Shown: positions 14,870-28,032, counted from the stretch's first letter. The stretch is DNA of 64,000 nt from Octopus sinensis (GCF_006345805.1 NC_043012.1:50158001-50222000), one strand, 5' to 3'. Numbers and translations are program-made. The notes: generated by a model from the letters alone, not told the origin.

Positions 14870-15023
14870 CATACACATACATATATACGTATATATGTGT
14901 GCGTGTGTGTGATTTGCATTTACAAAAAATGACAAAGAGAGAATGAGGGAACAACAAGCAAGTGTATTACTTTGACAGAAAGACAGATATGTAAATACAT
15001 ACATACATACATACATACATACA

Positions 15024-15056
<33 letters not shown>

Positions 15057-15109
15057 GCATACCAAAGTAGATACATGAACAGACATAGTGTGATATGTAT
15101 CTTTCATAT

Positions 15110-17100
15110 TTTAACTTTAAATGTTGCAGTCATTTTCACTGTGCTATGCTGGAGTACCTTTTTGAAGGGTTTTGGTCGAAAAAATCAACCCTAGGACTTA
15201 CTATTTTTTGAAGCCTATTGCTCTCTTTTTCCGGAACGCTAAGTTACAGCACGTAAATAAACCACCATCAAGCGATGAAGGGGGCAAACATAAACACACA
15301 TTCATATATATATATATATATATATGTACATTAGCGTCCATAACATATGGGTCAGTGAGAACAAGTGTATAGAAATATTTATTATAGAATATGAAAAAAA
15401 AAACGTTGAAACTAGACAGGTTACATATATTTAGATTTATCTAAAATCTATCTTTCGTGAAACCTTCAAGTGAATATGATAAATATTTCGTAAGTTATGA
15501 GGAAATAAACAAATAATCTTCCAAACTGCAACGGCCAAAGAAGAAGGGTCACTTGGAAAAACAATGAAAAAGGGAAGAAGAGCTAAAAAGAAACCCTTAC
15601 ACTTGATATTTTGTGAACATTCCTTTTACTATCAATGACTTCCTGATATCTGTTACCACAGGACTGAATTAGTTTCTTGCAAAAGGATGGAGTAAATTTG
15701 TTGTATTCGTTTTCAATAATTCCCAGAGTTCATCTTGGTTCTTCGCGCCACATATGCAGTAATCTCCCAAACGTTTTCTTTAGGGATGAGATCGGGACTT
15801 TGAGGTAGCCAGTCCACGAGATCAACCTCTTCATCACTCAAAACATCTTCGACTCTCTTTGCAGTGTGACAGGGGCTGTTGTCCTACACGAAGAGAGGAG
15901 GTTGAATTGACGAGGATCAGAGATGAGGAAGGGCTTGCTGTCGAAGAATCTGCATGTAGATTTCAACATTGAAAGCCCCTTATAGGCAAATAAGTGGGCC
16001 AGGACCAGCAGCAGAAATCACTCCCAATACCATTCCACTGACCCCTCCATGTTTCACACATCTTTGTCCGAAGCACATACTGCTATCTGAACAACAACAT
16101 TAAACTTCGATTCATCACTAAAATGAACCTGCAACCACTGTTCTTCTATCGAAACGACATGTCCGTGAACGAAACGAAGACGGGCTCTTTGATGCTTCTT
16201 GGAGATCAGAGGTTTCTTTGCCGGTGCCCGAGCAAGCTACCCGGAACCCCGTAACCTCCAAGAAACTGTATTGCGTAATACGTTGACATCGGAAGTGGAG
16301 CTAACTCACGGGACATCTCAGTGGCGCTCTTAAACATATCTTCCAGTGACATTCTAACCATAATACGATCCTGTCTTGATGAATATTTACATGGTCCACC
16401 GCTTTGGGGTTTAGTGTCTGTCGATCCTGATGATATAAAACGTGCGGCAAATAGTTGCACAACACTTCTAGACCTTGCTATAGTTGTTGCTCTCACAGTA
16501 TTTGACTTGCCCACTTGGTGAATGCACACAATCCTTTGTTTTCCACCACAGGACACTAGTCGTCTCACAAAATCCGTCGTCTTGACAGTTCCAATAATGT
16601 AAGATCATAAGAAGTAACTATTAGGCCAGTAACAATCTTCTAAACAACAAATACCCTGGTTAGTAGTTCATTTTTTCTAAGTGACCTTTAAATTTTGGCC
16701 GCTGCAATTTGGAAGATTGTTTGATTATTTCCTCATAACTTACGAAATATGCATTCCATTCAATTGAAATTATATAGATATTAGATATATCTATATATAA
16801 GTATAATCTTATATATAGATATATCTAATCCATATCTGATCTAATCTCAAAGTGTTGTTAATCTTCTATAATAACCATTTTAATTCACTTGTTCTTACTG
16901 CCCCTTATATTATCGTCGCTACTGTATACACACAAACACACACACATATTTATATACGACGTACTATCTTCAGTTTCTGTCTACCTAATACACTCAGTCC
17001 TTAGTCGACTACTTGGCCAAGATATCACATACGTGGCACTGGAGCGGGGAACCTTGTTGGTGAGGAAGAAGGATCTTACGACACAACCACACCACGCCCC
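15110..17100 (-). mobile_element. Old copy of the bipartite CORE-type SINE, split by the Tc1 insertion (3' half 15110-15325, 5' half 16925-17100)
   Basis: Both halves align by eye to the intact copy at 57561-57963, in the expected order on either side of the Tc1. Confidence 0.7.
15329..16924 (-). mobile_element. Tc1-family DNA transposon (about 1.6 kb) with about 240-bp TIRs, TA target site and a pseudogenised DD34E-type transposase
   Basis: TA|CATTAGCGTCCATAACATATGGGTCAGTGAGAACAAGTG matches the reverse complement of the right end. Protein remnants: DRIMVRMSLEDMFKSATEMSREL, VHFSDESKFN, KHGGGSV, DNSPCHTAK, WLPQSPDLIPKENVW. Confidence 0.92.
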
Positions 17101-17108
17101 TTTCTCTT

Positions 17109-17153
<45 letters not shown>

Positions 17154-17159
17154 ATATAC

Positions 17160-17365
17160 ATATTCTTTTATTTGTTTCAGTCATTTGATTGCAGTGATGC
17201 TGGATCATCCTTTAGTTGAACAATTCGACCGAAGGACTTATTCATTATAAGCCTAGAACTTATTCTATCTGTTTCTTTTGCAGAATTGCTAAGTTACGGG
17301 GACGTAAACACACCAGCATCGGTTGTCAAGTGATGGTGTAGGGGACAAACACAGACACACAAACA
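17160..17365 (-). mobile_element. 3' half of bipartite CORE-type SINE
   Basis: TTTGTTTCAGTCATTTGA..GCTAAGTTACGGGGACGTAAACACACCAGCATCGGTTGTCAAG matches the other copies. Confidence 0.85.
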
Positions 17366-17619
17366 TTTGTGTATTAAATGGTTTCAAATGATAAAAAAAT
17401 GTTCTGAATGCCTCAACATTCTTTCAAGCCAATTACACGGAGGACTGATCTTCGTTTTCATTTTGGATTAAAGTACGAAGAATCACAGGATCCCAGGAGA
17501 CTTTATCGCGAATTTCCATGATTTTTGGTGCTAGAATTCAAAATAGAGACGAACACCATTCCTTCATGTGATAGGGCTTGAAATTTGGTTAAGACATTAT
17601 ATTTTCTACACATGAGACC

Positions 17620-17795
17620 ACTACTCTAGGCACAAGGCCCGACATTTTGGGGAGGGGGTCAGTCGATTAGATCGATCTCAGTACACAAATGGTACTTAAT
17701 TTATCGACCCCGAAATGATGAAAGGCAAAGTCGACCTCGGTGGAATTTGAACTCAGACAGACGAAATACCGCTAAGAATTTCACCCGGCGTTACC
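17620..17795 (-). mobile_element. SINE with Nin/Deu-like domain
   Basis: Reverse complement reads GAGTTCAAATTCCACCGAGGTCGACTTTGCCTTTCATCATTTCGGGGTCGATAAATTAAGTACC. Related copies at 33752 and 47469. Confidence 0.8.
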
Positions 17796-19507
17796 AATGG
17801 CATATATTAACAGAATTATATATATGTGTGAGAGTGTATGTGTGTGTAGAACTCTGTTTTATTTACGTAACAACGATTTTCGTCACTTACTTTCAGTTTC
17901 TGTAATATTGTTTTTCCCTTTTGAGTATAAATACACATATTTACGTTGACGTAAGTTATTAAATGAAGCATATAGTAATATTAAGTTCGTGTAATGTTTT
18001 TTTTTTTTTTACCGAGGGCGTTAATTCAAAGTGACGATATTTTGTTCGCTAAGGCTGAAACAACAGCTTGTTTTGCAGAAGTGTTTAGCTTCTTTTTATC
18101 AAGCTCCAAATGCGAAAATCTAGTTATAGTCAGAAATGACTGCATCTTTTCATAGTTTAGATTTTGATTTAGAATGTAGTTTTCATGTCACCAATACAGT
18201 GGGTTCCTTCCTCATTCACTTATCATGTAGTCCTTCATCAAATAATTTACATTGTAAATTCAAAAAGACCCAACCATGCCCTCGAGAAATTAAAACAACT
18301 TCAGCCACTAAAATTTGTTTAAATTGTAGAATACAGCATGTAAATAGTTAGTATTTGTATGCTGTATTTGTGATAGGGAAAACTTGAAACACGTTTTGAA
18401 TCAGAAATACTAAGTACGCACTTGACCCCATTTCTGATACAACAGCCTTTGGATGTCAAATATATGATATGTTTTTATAGGAAAGTAATTGCTCTACATT
18501 CAATTATTCCAATCTAATAGAAATTTGAATATTGTTTCATATATCAATGTTGTTAATGATTTTCTTGTAATTGTTGATGATGATGATGTTTTTGATGATG
18601 TTGTTGCTTATACTGCTCCTGTCGGAGTGATTGTAGGACTGCAAGAGAGAGGGAAATATCCAAACGAAATTGCTGACTATATTTTAGTATGGAATTATGA
18701 TAATAGAGATGATTTTTTGCTGCATTTTAACTCCATAATGTAAAATCATGCAATAGTATGCGATACGCGAAAACCGTGATATAACGGGAGCATTATTACC
18801 AGCTGAGTCGTTTAAGTTTGACATCTCTTTCTCTGATTTCTTTTTTTAAAATCTAGGTTCTGACAGAATTAATTACAAAAATGATGAGAAAAGAAAAAGA
18901 AAAAGAAAATCATCATTACGTTCAAAATGATATTTGATAGGGTTTTCACAACCTAATGGAATTAAAGAGATTCTTGACATGTCTTGAGCATTTTAACACT
19001 GTCGAAGCCCCTCATTCTTCGGTTGAGTTTAAAATCAGCCTCGTCCAAAGAGTAAGTGTGCAAAGGTGTTCCAGAAAAAGACAGAAATAGGGAGAGAGAG
19101 GGTGGAAGGGGGGAGATGTAGCGAAAGAGAGAGAGAGAGAGCGGAAGAGAATGAGTGACAGAAATCAGAGAGAAAATATTTTCTGTGAGAGGTACTTTAT
19201 CGCTACTGAAATTATGAAAACTTAAAACGATTACCACGTACAAATAATCCAACGCTCTTCTGCCATAATTGTTTCTGTACTTCATAGAGTCTATTGCATG
19301 GAATTATGCTGAAAACTAGTTAAAATATAGAATGGACTCGTGTTTTACAGAAGGATATTAGTAGCTTACAGTTTGTTTTGTTCATTTTGTTATTGCATAG
19401 CCACAAGCCAAACATATATAATCATACATACGGTCGATGACAATAACTTCCTCAGTGATCTTTATGTTTTAGCGTTATTTACGAAAACATTAAAACCTTA
19501 GCTACTC

Positions 19508-19964
19508 TGCAATGTTATTGCCAGTTCGAATATGCTTAAACAATTTCGGACTTGTAAACAAGCCATGCCCCAGGATTTGTCAGGGCGAAAATTTATCACT
19601 GTAGACATATGGTGTAAATACATCCAGATCAGATCGCAGCAACATAAACTCCATACGTCTACAGTGAGAAATTTTATACTTTTCGAGTCGTCGATTTGCG
19701 CTACCAGCCAATATATGTTGACAGGAAAAACATGAGAGAGACTGTATCTGTTATCCACCCACAGCGCCATCGTCCAGTTTCTGTAACTGAGGAAGAAATA
19801 ACTACTCCGAAATGCTTGTATCTCACAGTCTGGATAGGTGGCACTGCGATCTGATTTAGGTGTATTTACTCCATGCCTATAGCGAAATTTTCTCCGTGAC
19901 GAAAAACCTGGAACGGTTTGTTTACAAGTGCTTTTAGCATATTCGAACTGGTAATAACGTTGCA
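19508..19964. repeat. Diverged long inverted repeat (foldback or MITE-like), arms about 190 bp
   Basis: Left TGCAATGTTATTGCCAGTTCGAATATGCT..TTGTAAACAA..GTAAATACATCCAGATCAGATCGCAG matches the reverse complement of the right arm, TGCAACGTTATTACCAGTTCGAATATGCT..TTGTAAACAA..GTAAATACACCTAAATCAGATCGCAG. Confidence 0.8.
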
Positions 19965-20981
19965 TTTATACATTTCACTGCTTAGCGTTCTCCGTAATTT
20001 AATTAGCTATTGTGTCCTTTACTTATAGACAGGTCTTATCAGGAGAATATCTGATGCCAATATTAGAGAAACTTTGTGAAGAAAGGAATCTTGAGAACAG
20101 GATCTGTAATAATGTTTCAGCTTCAGAGTACCAATAGCAGCAGTGTTACAATATTAGATGAATTACTTTTAGAGTATGATGCCCTACTCGATATTAACCT
20201 TAAATCTCTTAAAGGAGATTGCGAATGAAATATATTGATTTAACGCATTACAAATTACAATTTCAGTGTAACGTACATTCTGATAACCTGAAATAGGCCA
20301 CATTAGAAAATGTCACTATATATAATAGAAAGATATGTGATGTAACATATATAACGGGATCAATGGATTTTGGATTAAATCTCTTCCAACAATCAACACT
20401 GGTCATATGAGAAATCATATGGGAATATTTATAACTAGTGGAGCATCATTCTACACAACTGCGATCACTTTCCTAGACATATTGCATTACAGGGCCGTCA
20501 TTAAATACTAAATTATAAGAATATACATTTTCAATACAGGATTATGCAGAGTGTTAATACAGGAGCCTACATTGGAAACTGTGCCATAACATTTTACATT
20601 TGAAGGCCTTGAGAAGATTAGAATTAACACAAATTTATTGAATAGGTTCAAATACAGGGATTACATATGTCGATTTTGTCCACATTGTTACTCAGCACAA
20701 AGCGTCTCTACATTTTGTTTTCTTCCTCTATTTTGTTTTCTCTATTTTTGGCCTGTTCCTCATTTATTCTCTCCTCGTTTAAATCTTATCTCTCCTTACG
20801 TTTTTCCTTATACCCCTTCTCGTCAATTGTCGCCTTCTCTCCTTCTCAATAAATTTGCTCCGAGTGTAACAATAACGAAAAGATTTTATTGCAAGACGGT
20901 TGTCCACACAACGATAACTCATAACCGCATCCAATTTTAATGTGAATACTATTCATATCTAAAAGGAAGTAGACACACAAA

Positions 20982-21068
<87 letters not shown>

Positions 21069-21333
21069 GATATGTATATATATATATCGTGTACATTAAA
21101 ATTTAGATGCTAGATGTTTTTAATTTTCTTTCCCTTCATGAATTTAACCATAATTAGTGGTTTGAGTTGTTTACTACTCTTTCTAGCGCAAGGCTTTCCT
21201 ATGATAGAAGCCCCTTAATGTGTTTTAATGTACACGATATTTCTATATGAATAATATACAGTCTATTGACTATTTTTTATACGCTAGACCACTGGTAATA
21301 ACAATTTCTATAATTCTTATTACCCTAATATTA

Positions 21334-21405
<72 letters not shown>

Positions 21406-21484
21406 TCCCGGGTTGAGTCGGGGTTAACCACAGTAAATAAGGTACTCAATACATAGCAGAGTGAATTAATTTATTATATAGAAG

Positions 21485-21534
21485 GAGCTTCTACAGGACT
21501 AGAACTGTTTCATTCAAAAGAAATCATCAGGAAG

Positions 21535-21537
<3 letters not shown>
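21485..21537 (-). ncRNA. Type I minimal hammerhead ribozyme motif in a solo Penelope-pLTR-like module (21402-21537)
   Basis: Minus strand: GAGCTTC-CTGATGA-TTTC TTTT GAAT-GAAA-CAG TTCTAGTC CTG-TA-GAAGCTC. Perfect 7-bp stem I, canonical core, GUA cleavage triplet, weak stem II. Confidence 0.8.
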
Positions 21538-21583
<46 letters not shown>

Positions 21584-21733
21584 ATATTCCGAGTTTGCGT
21601 GAATATGCAAATAATTATATATCAGTTGAATAATGTTAAAACGTGGTCTGGTTTTCACGTTTTTTACTATGGTATTTTAACATTAAAATATATATTTTGT
21701 AATGCTCATAAAGTTAGATTTTCGCATTCATAC

Positions 21734-22094
21734 GAGTGGCAGTGTGGTAAGTAGCCTTGAGCAAATGTCATCTTCTACAGCCACGGGCCGACCTAAGCCT
21801 TATGAGTGGATTTGGTAGACGGAAACTGAAAGAAGCCCGTCCTATATATAAACACACACACACACACAAACATATATATATATTTGTGTGAGTGCGTGTG
21901 TGTGTTTGCGCTTGTGCCCCAACCATCGCTTGACAACCGATGCTAGTGTGTTTACGTCCCCTTAACTTAGTGGTCGGAATTTTGCCGAAACACTAGTTAC
22001 TAGGCTTACAAAGAATAAGTCCTGGGGTAAATTTGCTCGACTGAAAGCGGTTCTCCATTCATGGCCGCAATCAAATGACTGAAACAAGTAAAAG
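21734..22094 (+). mobile_element. Bipartite CORE-type tRNA SINE with internal microsatellite; head partly deleted
   Basis: GAGTGGCAGTGTGGTAAGTAG..GTGGATTTGGTAGACGGAAACTGAAAGAAGCCCGT-(CA/TA)n-..TGACTGAAACAAGTAAAAG. Confidence 0.88.
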
Positions 22095-22099
22095 CAAAA

Positions 22100-23044
22100 T
22101 AATGCATAGAGTATTCATCAGATTTCAAATGATTATCTCACAGTTCAGTTCTTGACAACTATAATACCTCTTTCAACGCTCCAACAAGCTGAATTTTCAG
22201 AGTATGGTTTTCTCCAATCCGTATGCAACTTAAACATCACGGTTTGACAGGTGTACCGATATTCAGTAATTTGTTAACATTCATATGTTAGAAATATTTT
22301 TGAATACACATCATTAACTGGTAGTTATATTATTTTTTTTATGTTCGTTCAAAATAGGTTTGAACAGTTTAATAAACTGTTTTTCTTTAATCTTTCTTCC
22401 AATCTCACAGGTGCCATGTAGGTTGTGGAAAGAGAAAATGAGAAATATTTTTTAACCATATGTCTATATGTTCGCTCAATGGAATTCGGCGAACATTAGT
22501 TTTCTGGATTTGTTGTCTGTGGAAGCGAGAGCCTTCCCATAATGCATTCCCTGTCTTGCCTACTTGTAGTTCCCTGCAATTCGAACATTTAATGCAGTAG
22601 ATCAGATTTCCGTTTTTGCAGTACATATCTGATTTGTGAAAATCTATCCAATTTTTGTTCTAATTGATCTAACAGTATCCATGTATTGACACGCTCCCTC
22701 AAGTGTTATCATTACAATTGGATGCTATCAATGTTTTATCCTGTTTGTTCATGTTGAATTTTGCCTTTGTTAATAGATTTTTTAGGTTATGTGGTTGAGT
22801 TTTGCTTAATATAAGTGTTTGATTACTCTTTTACTCTTTATTTGTTTCAATCATTTGACTGTGGCCATGCTGGAGTATCACCTTTAGTCGAGCAAATCGA
22901 CCCCAAGACTTACTCTTGGTAAGCCTAGTACTTATTCTATAGGGCTATTTTGCCGAACCGCTAAGTTACGGGGACATAAGCACACCAGCATCGGTTGTCA
23001 AGCGATATTGGGGGGACAAACACAGACACACAAACATATACGCA

Positions 23045-23131
<87 letters not shown>

Positions 23132-24900
23132 CGGCAGGCTTCTTTCAGTTTCCGTCTACCAAATCCACTCACAAGGCTTTGGTTGGCCCTAGGATATAGT
23201 AGAAGACACTTGCCCAAGGTGCCACGCTGTGGGATTGAACCCGGAACCATGTGGTTGTAGTTATTATGATTGATTCTAGTTTCAGCTCATGAGCTGTGGC
23301 CATGCTGGGGCACCGCCATTTATGTTTTTTTTTTTTTTCACTTGGTTTTATGATTGGCTAATATGTTTTGTTAATGTTTAAAATGTTTTGGTGATGCTGA
23401 TTGTCTGTTACTAGAAATGGTGTTGTGTTCCTTTGATGGGTTTCCTCTTTTTCGTCCTGCTCTAAGTTGTTCTACAGGTATCGCTTTTGCTCGTTGTATT
23501 CTATTTTCTATAAGTAGGAGGTTAATTAGGCTTGAGCAGAAATCCGTTGAGTTCTATAAATCGTGTGTTAATGGTCATTTTCCTGGCTAGACAGTAAGGG
23601 ACGTTGCGTTTTATGTGTGTTGGGTGGCATGATCTGAAATTTAGCTAACGGTGTGTATCTGTGATTTTGTAATAAATATCAGCTGTGATTGTGGTTTTCT
23701 TTTTAAATACTATTATGTCAAGAAATGGTAACTGTGTCTTGTATATTCCTCCTGTGAATTTGAAATTTGGGTGTAAATTGTTGAGGAAAGAGCTGAATAG
23801 GAAACAATCATCAAGGTATCTTCTCCATGTGCCCTCTATATGTCTTTTACAGGTTTTTTAATATACAGGATTTGGTCCAAGTAACCCAATTCTGAGCTCA
23901 CGAAAACTGGAGCAAATCGCGTCCCCATTGTTGTGCCTCGAATTTGTTGGCAGATTTTTTCGGTTGAAAAGCAGTGTATTGCTTTCGAGGATAAGGCTGA
24001 CCGCGTCTTATCTGAAGGTTGAAATAAATCTAGTGGGGATCGCTTCTCTATGCATCTCGACTCAATATTTTATAGCAGTAAGTCTCAAATCATGTAGATT
24101 GTTCGAATATAAGTTTGTTACATAAACTCTAACAGTGAAGGGGATTATGTTGTTTTGGGCAGATGTGATATGAAATCGACGTCATCCCGAATGTAACTGG
24201 GTATGTGAGTACATAGTGGTTTTAGGATTATGTGAAAGATGTTGCTCCGACTATGTATAGGACAGGGTTGATCAGCTATATTAGGATTTAGTTTAAGGTC
24301 TTTTGTTTGTAGTAGTTTTATGTATTCACAACCTTCTTCCTATAATATTTTGTGCATTTCTTTTGACTTATGTATTCTGGGTAACTCACAGAATTTACTG
24401 GATTTAGAGTCAAAATATAATCCCTTACATTAGAAGTGGGGGAGTTATAATGTTATGAGACTAAATAATTGAGTTTCTTCATGATGCAGTGGTCAATATT
24501 CGAGGGTATTTCATAATAGAGCGTTATATCCTTTAAATGAGCATCAGCTAGATCCCGTTAATATACGGCATCTCGCTTGTTTGATGACAACTGTGCTGTC
24601 ATTTTTAAGATGTATAAGGGAAGACTTTTCTAGTTTTGAAATGTTTGGTTTAACGTTCATATTATGACTCACTGAAGATCTGAAAATGATATCAATGAAT
24701 TGATGTAGAAGTGTATTTGGTCCCTTTAGCGGGGTAAATTTAGAGTTATTTTCCGCCGAGGATTCGTCATTCTCATTATTTTCATTAGTAAAAAAAAGCT
24801 CTACAAATCTAAGATCCAGAAATCGAGGTGTAGGAAGAAAGTTAGCTTCGAGCAATCCGTAGTAAATATTAAAAAAATAAATCCAGGAATAATAATGGTT
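22100..24900 (-). mobile_element. Degenerate Penelope-like element (RT and GIY-YIG endonuclease), interrupted by a SINE
   Basis: NISKLEKSSLIHLKNDSTVVIKQA, KFCELPRIHKSK, GTTMGTRFAP, WRRYLDDCF (YLDD at 23807-23818), LNNLHPNFKFT, LPFLDI, HPTHIKRNVPY. GIY-YIG: NLIYCIKCSNCRELQVGKTGNALWEGSRFH. Confidence 0.9.
22823..23257 (-). mobile_element. Bipartite CORE-type tRNA SINE
   Basis: High identity to 57561-57963, with an internal (TACA)n(TA)n tract. Confidence 0.9.
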
Positions 24901-25023
24901 TATCGAGACGGATGATGGCGGAATAATTTTCTTTACCGAAGAACGGTGAGCAGAAAAAAAAAAAAAAACTCTTCTTATATTCCATGGTAGGCGACCAGGG
25001 TTGCCGCGTGTGCGAAAATAATA

Positions 25024-25387
25024 CAAGAGTTACGGAATGGAGAGGGAAAATTACAGGCTACATATGTTACATAGACATTGGAACCTCAGAACTGGTAAAA
25101 TCCAAGCGAGATGTATATCACCGGCTACTCACTTCAGGCCAAGGATATCTTAATTAGATTAAAGGTTACATTGTCGCAAGGAGGTATATGTTTAAGCCGT
25201 CAACATGTAACTCTTTGTAACAGTGTAGCTTCTTGCGACAATATAGAATTTAATCTAATCAAAATATACTTGGCCTGAAGTGAGTAGTCGGCGGTATACA
25301 CATCGATTAGGTATTTCCCACTTCTGAGGTTCCGCTTGCTATGAAACATGTAGCCAGGAATTTTTCCATTCCATTCCGTAATTCTTG
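25024..25387. repeat. Inverted pair of pLTR-like units, each carrying a variant hammerhead motif
   Basis: Arms of about 165 bp are reverse complementary (CTACTCACTTCAGGCCAAG / CTTGGCCTGAAGTGAGTAG). The pair lies at the 5' side of the Penelope ORF. Confidence 0.85.
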
Positions 25388-25424
<37 letters not shown>

Positions 25425-25465
25425 TGTAATGTATACTCTATACACATATTCAATATTCTTCTCTA

Positions 25466-25498
<33 letters not shown>

Positions 25499-27044
25499 GT
25501 ATATATATATATTGCATAGTAAATATATACTCTATATATATTCAATAATCTTGTATATACATTGTATATATATATATATGTATATACATTGTGTGTATAT
25601 ATATATATATACATAGAGAGAGAGAGATATGTATGTATGTGTGTGCGTCAGTGCATGCTTGTGTGTGTGTATGTACTTTCTGATTTAGCTCACCGACAGA
25701 TTTCGATACTTGGTAAAGAGTAATATATCTAGAAAAATATAGCATAACCCATCAGATTTAAGAACAGGGATTTTTATTATGACTGAACATAAAGACAAAT
25801 ATTAATATGTGTGTTTTTGTGTCTGTGCTTGCGTACGTGTGTGTGTATACGTATGTATGTGTTAGAGGATAACTTTGGCCCTCAACTGCTTAGTCAGTAA
25901 ACGTTGAATAACGAGTGGTGCAAAACATGTGAATGACACCAAGAGAATAGTTAGTATTGGCAATAGGAAGAGGGAAGATAGCATCGGGAGAAAAAAAGAC
26001 AGCTATTAGGATTGAGGCGATAGTGTTATTAGGAATGAGATAGAGATAGAAACCTATTAAGCTCGTGGAATGAAGAGTGTTTAAATAAGTTGAGATACGA
26101 CGAAATTAAAATGAAGTAGAAAATAAGCAGAAGTAAACGACTACAAATTAATGACAGGAAGATTTGTGTATGCTTAATTTGTGGTAATACCAGTTGCAGT
26201 CACCATTATCATTTCCGTCGTACTTGTCCGCCTCATAATCTCCATCAACATACTGTGGAAAGCTATCGAATCAGTATTTCGTTAAATGTTGTTTTATAAG
26301 AAAATGGATTAAAGTATAAGCAAAAATAATATTACATGCTTAATGCAAGTTGAATTCCAATATATAACTTAAAGAAAAATTAGTTTACGGGTCGTATCAT
26401 AGGAATTAAATTAGTTTTACTTTTTAACACAATAATACTAAAATGAAAGTTGTGCATAGAATTGAAATTTTAAACATTGCTAATCTAAGAGCACACCAGG
26501 CACAGATGTCTCGCCCTCGCTGTCAATGTAACTGCCTTAAATCTGAAGTATATTTTAATTGTCAAGGAATGTTTGACCAACAACTTTGGGGAAATATTCA
26601 TGGTGACAACTATCCCATTCAAACACAGTTACTACTCTCATACCCACAGTTTTAGAAAACTCAAACAAGCTACCCAGGTATCATTAGCTTCTTTTAGCGA
26701 TAAATCTTCTCCTAAGAAAAAAAAAACAATGAACGACTGGCACTCTAACAAGCTAAGAAATATCTGAAACGCGTCCAAAAGGAGTATTCCTTACATGTCA
26801 TTCACGTTCAGACTATTTTTGTTGGCCTTCACAGATCTTTATAAATGTTTTCTTCAACCATTTGCAATTACATGAGAATCTTGATTTCCTTTTGTTAAGT
26901 AGAAGCTGTATTTTCCTTTATTTTATCTAACTTTATATGCATAATCTCAAACCTTGCACTTTAGAAATTCTCTCGCCTCATATATATTCAGATGTTCCTC
27001 ACGACTAGAGATTTTATCAATATATAAACTTACAAAGATTAAGA

Positions 27045-27117
<73 letters not shown>

Positions 27118-27639
27118 CACACTTCTATTTCCATATTTACCGCGCATTTTGTAATCCACTAGCTCATTCTTGTGTCTCCAATTCCCACCCATTTTCCCTC
27201 TCACTCCGTAAGCTTTTTCACATGGAACTCTTATTAATGTTAGTATTTTTGCAGTGACTAATATTACTAATCTATACAGTATAACACTTCTTTTATTTCT
27301 CTGCAGATGACATCTATTATAAAAAATATGTAAAATTTTCAAATACGAATTAGATGTTACTAGTTGATTAAATAGGTTTATAATATAATGGCATTATGGT
27401 TACATCTGCTATTATTGGTGCTGTTCATTCTCATTACTAATAATAAATTAAATATTTATACCATAACTCTGGTAATGCTCACCAAGCGATTTAATACGGT
27501 CTGTAATATTTTATTTAAAATCATTAAATTAAATTTCATATATTCTCTTCAGAATATTCTTGTCGGTTTAAAGATAAGGAATATACTGTAAAATCTTTTA
27601 AAGTGGTCTCGATAAAATTAGCATAATATTTTAATATAT

Positions 27640-28032
27640 TGTTGTATTTAGGATTAGTCATTTTGCCAGTTTAGCCAATAAAAACACACGCACTATATAT
27701 TTGATGTTACTTTGCTTAAGCGTTATTTATTTTTTACATTAATCTTAATCTTATTTCGGCCAGAGTTTTGGCGTCACACTCCGGTGACCTCATCAGTGGT
27801 CCTTTGCTTTCTTCTCTCTCATTTGTGTGTCTCTCCTTACTAACGGCCAGCCATTTTGTATTTTGTATTCCTATTGTATGTGTCTTCGTTTGCGCTTGCG
27901 TATACTTCTATGTGTGTTTATGTTTAGCTAGTGTTTGTGTGTGGGGGGGGGAAGTGCCTGTAATATTTGTATGTCTTGTTTATATACGTTCGTGTAATTT
28001 GTTTTTTGTTTTGTTCATGTGTTTACACCTAC

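Noticed and set aside
18941-19051. Possible 111-nt + strand exon ending AGA|GTAAGT
   Set aside because: Weak acceptor with no polypyrimidine tract and no recognisable peptide.
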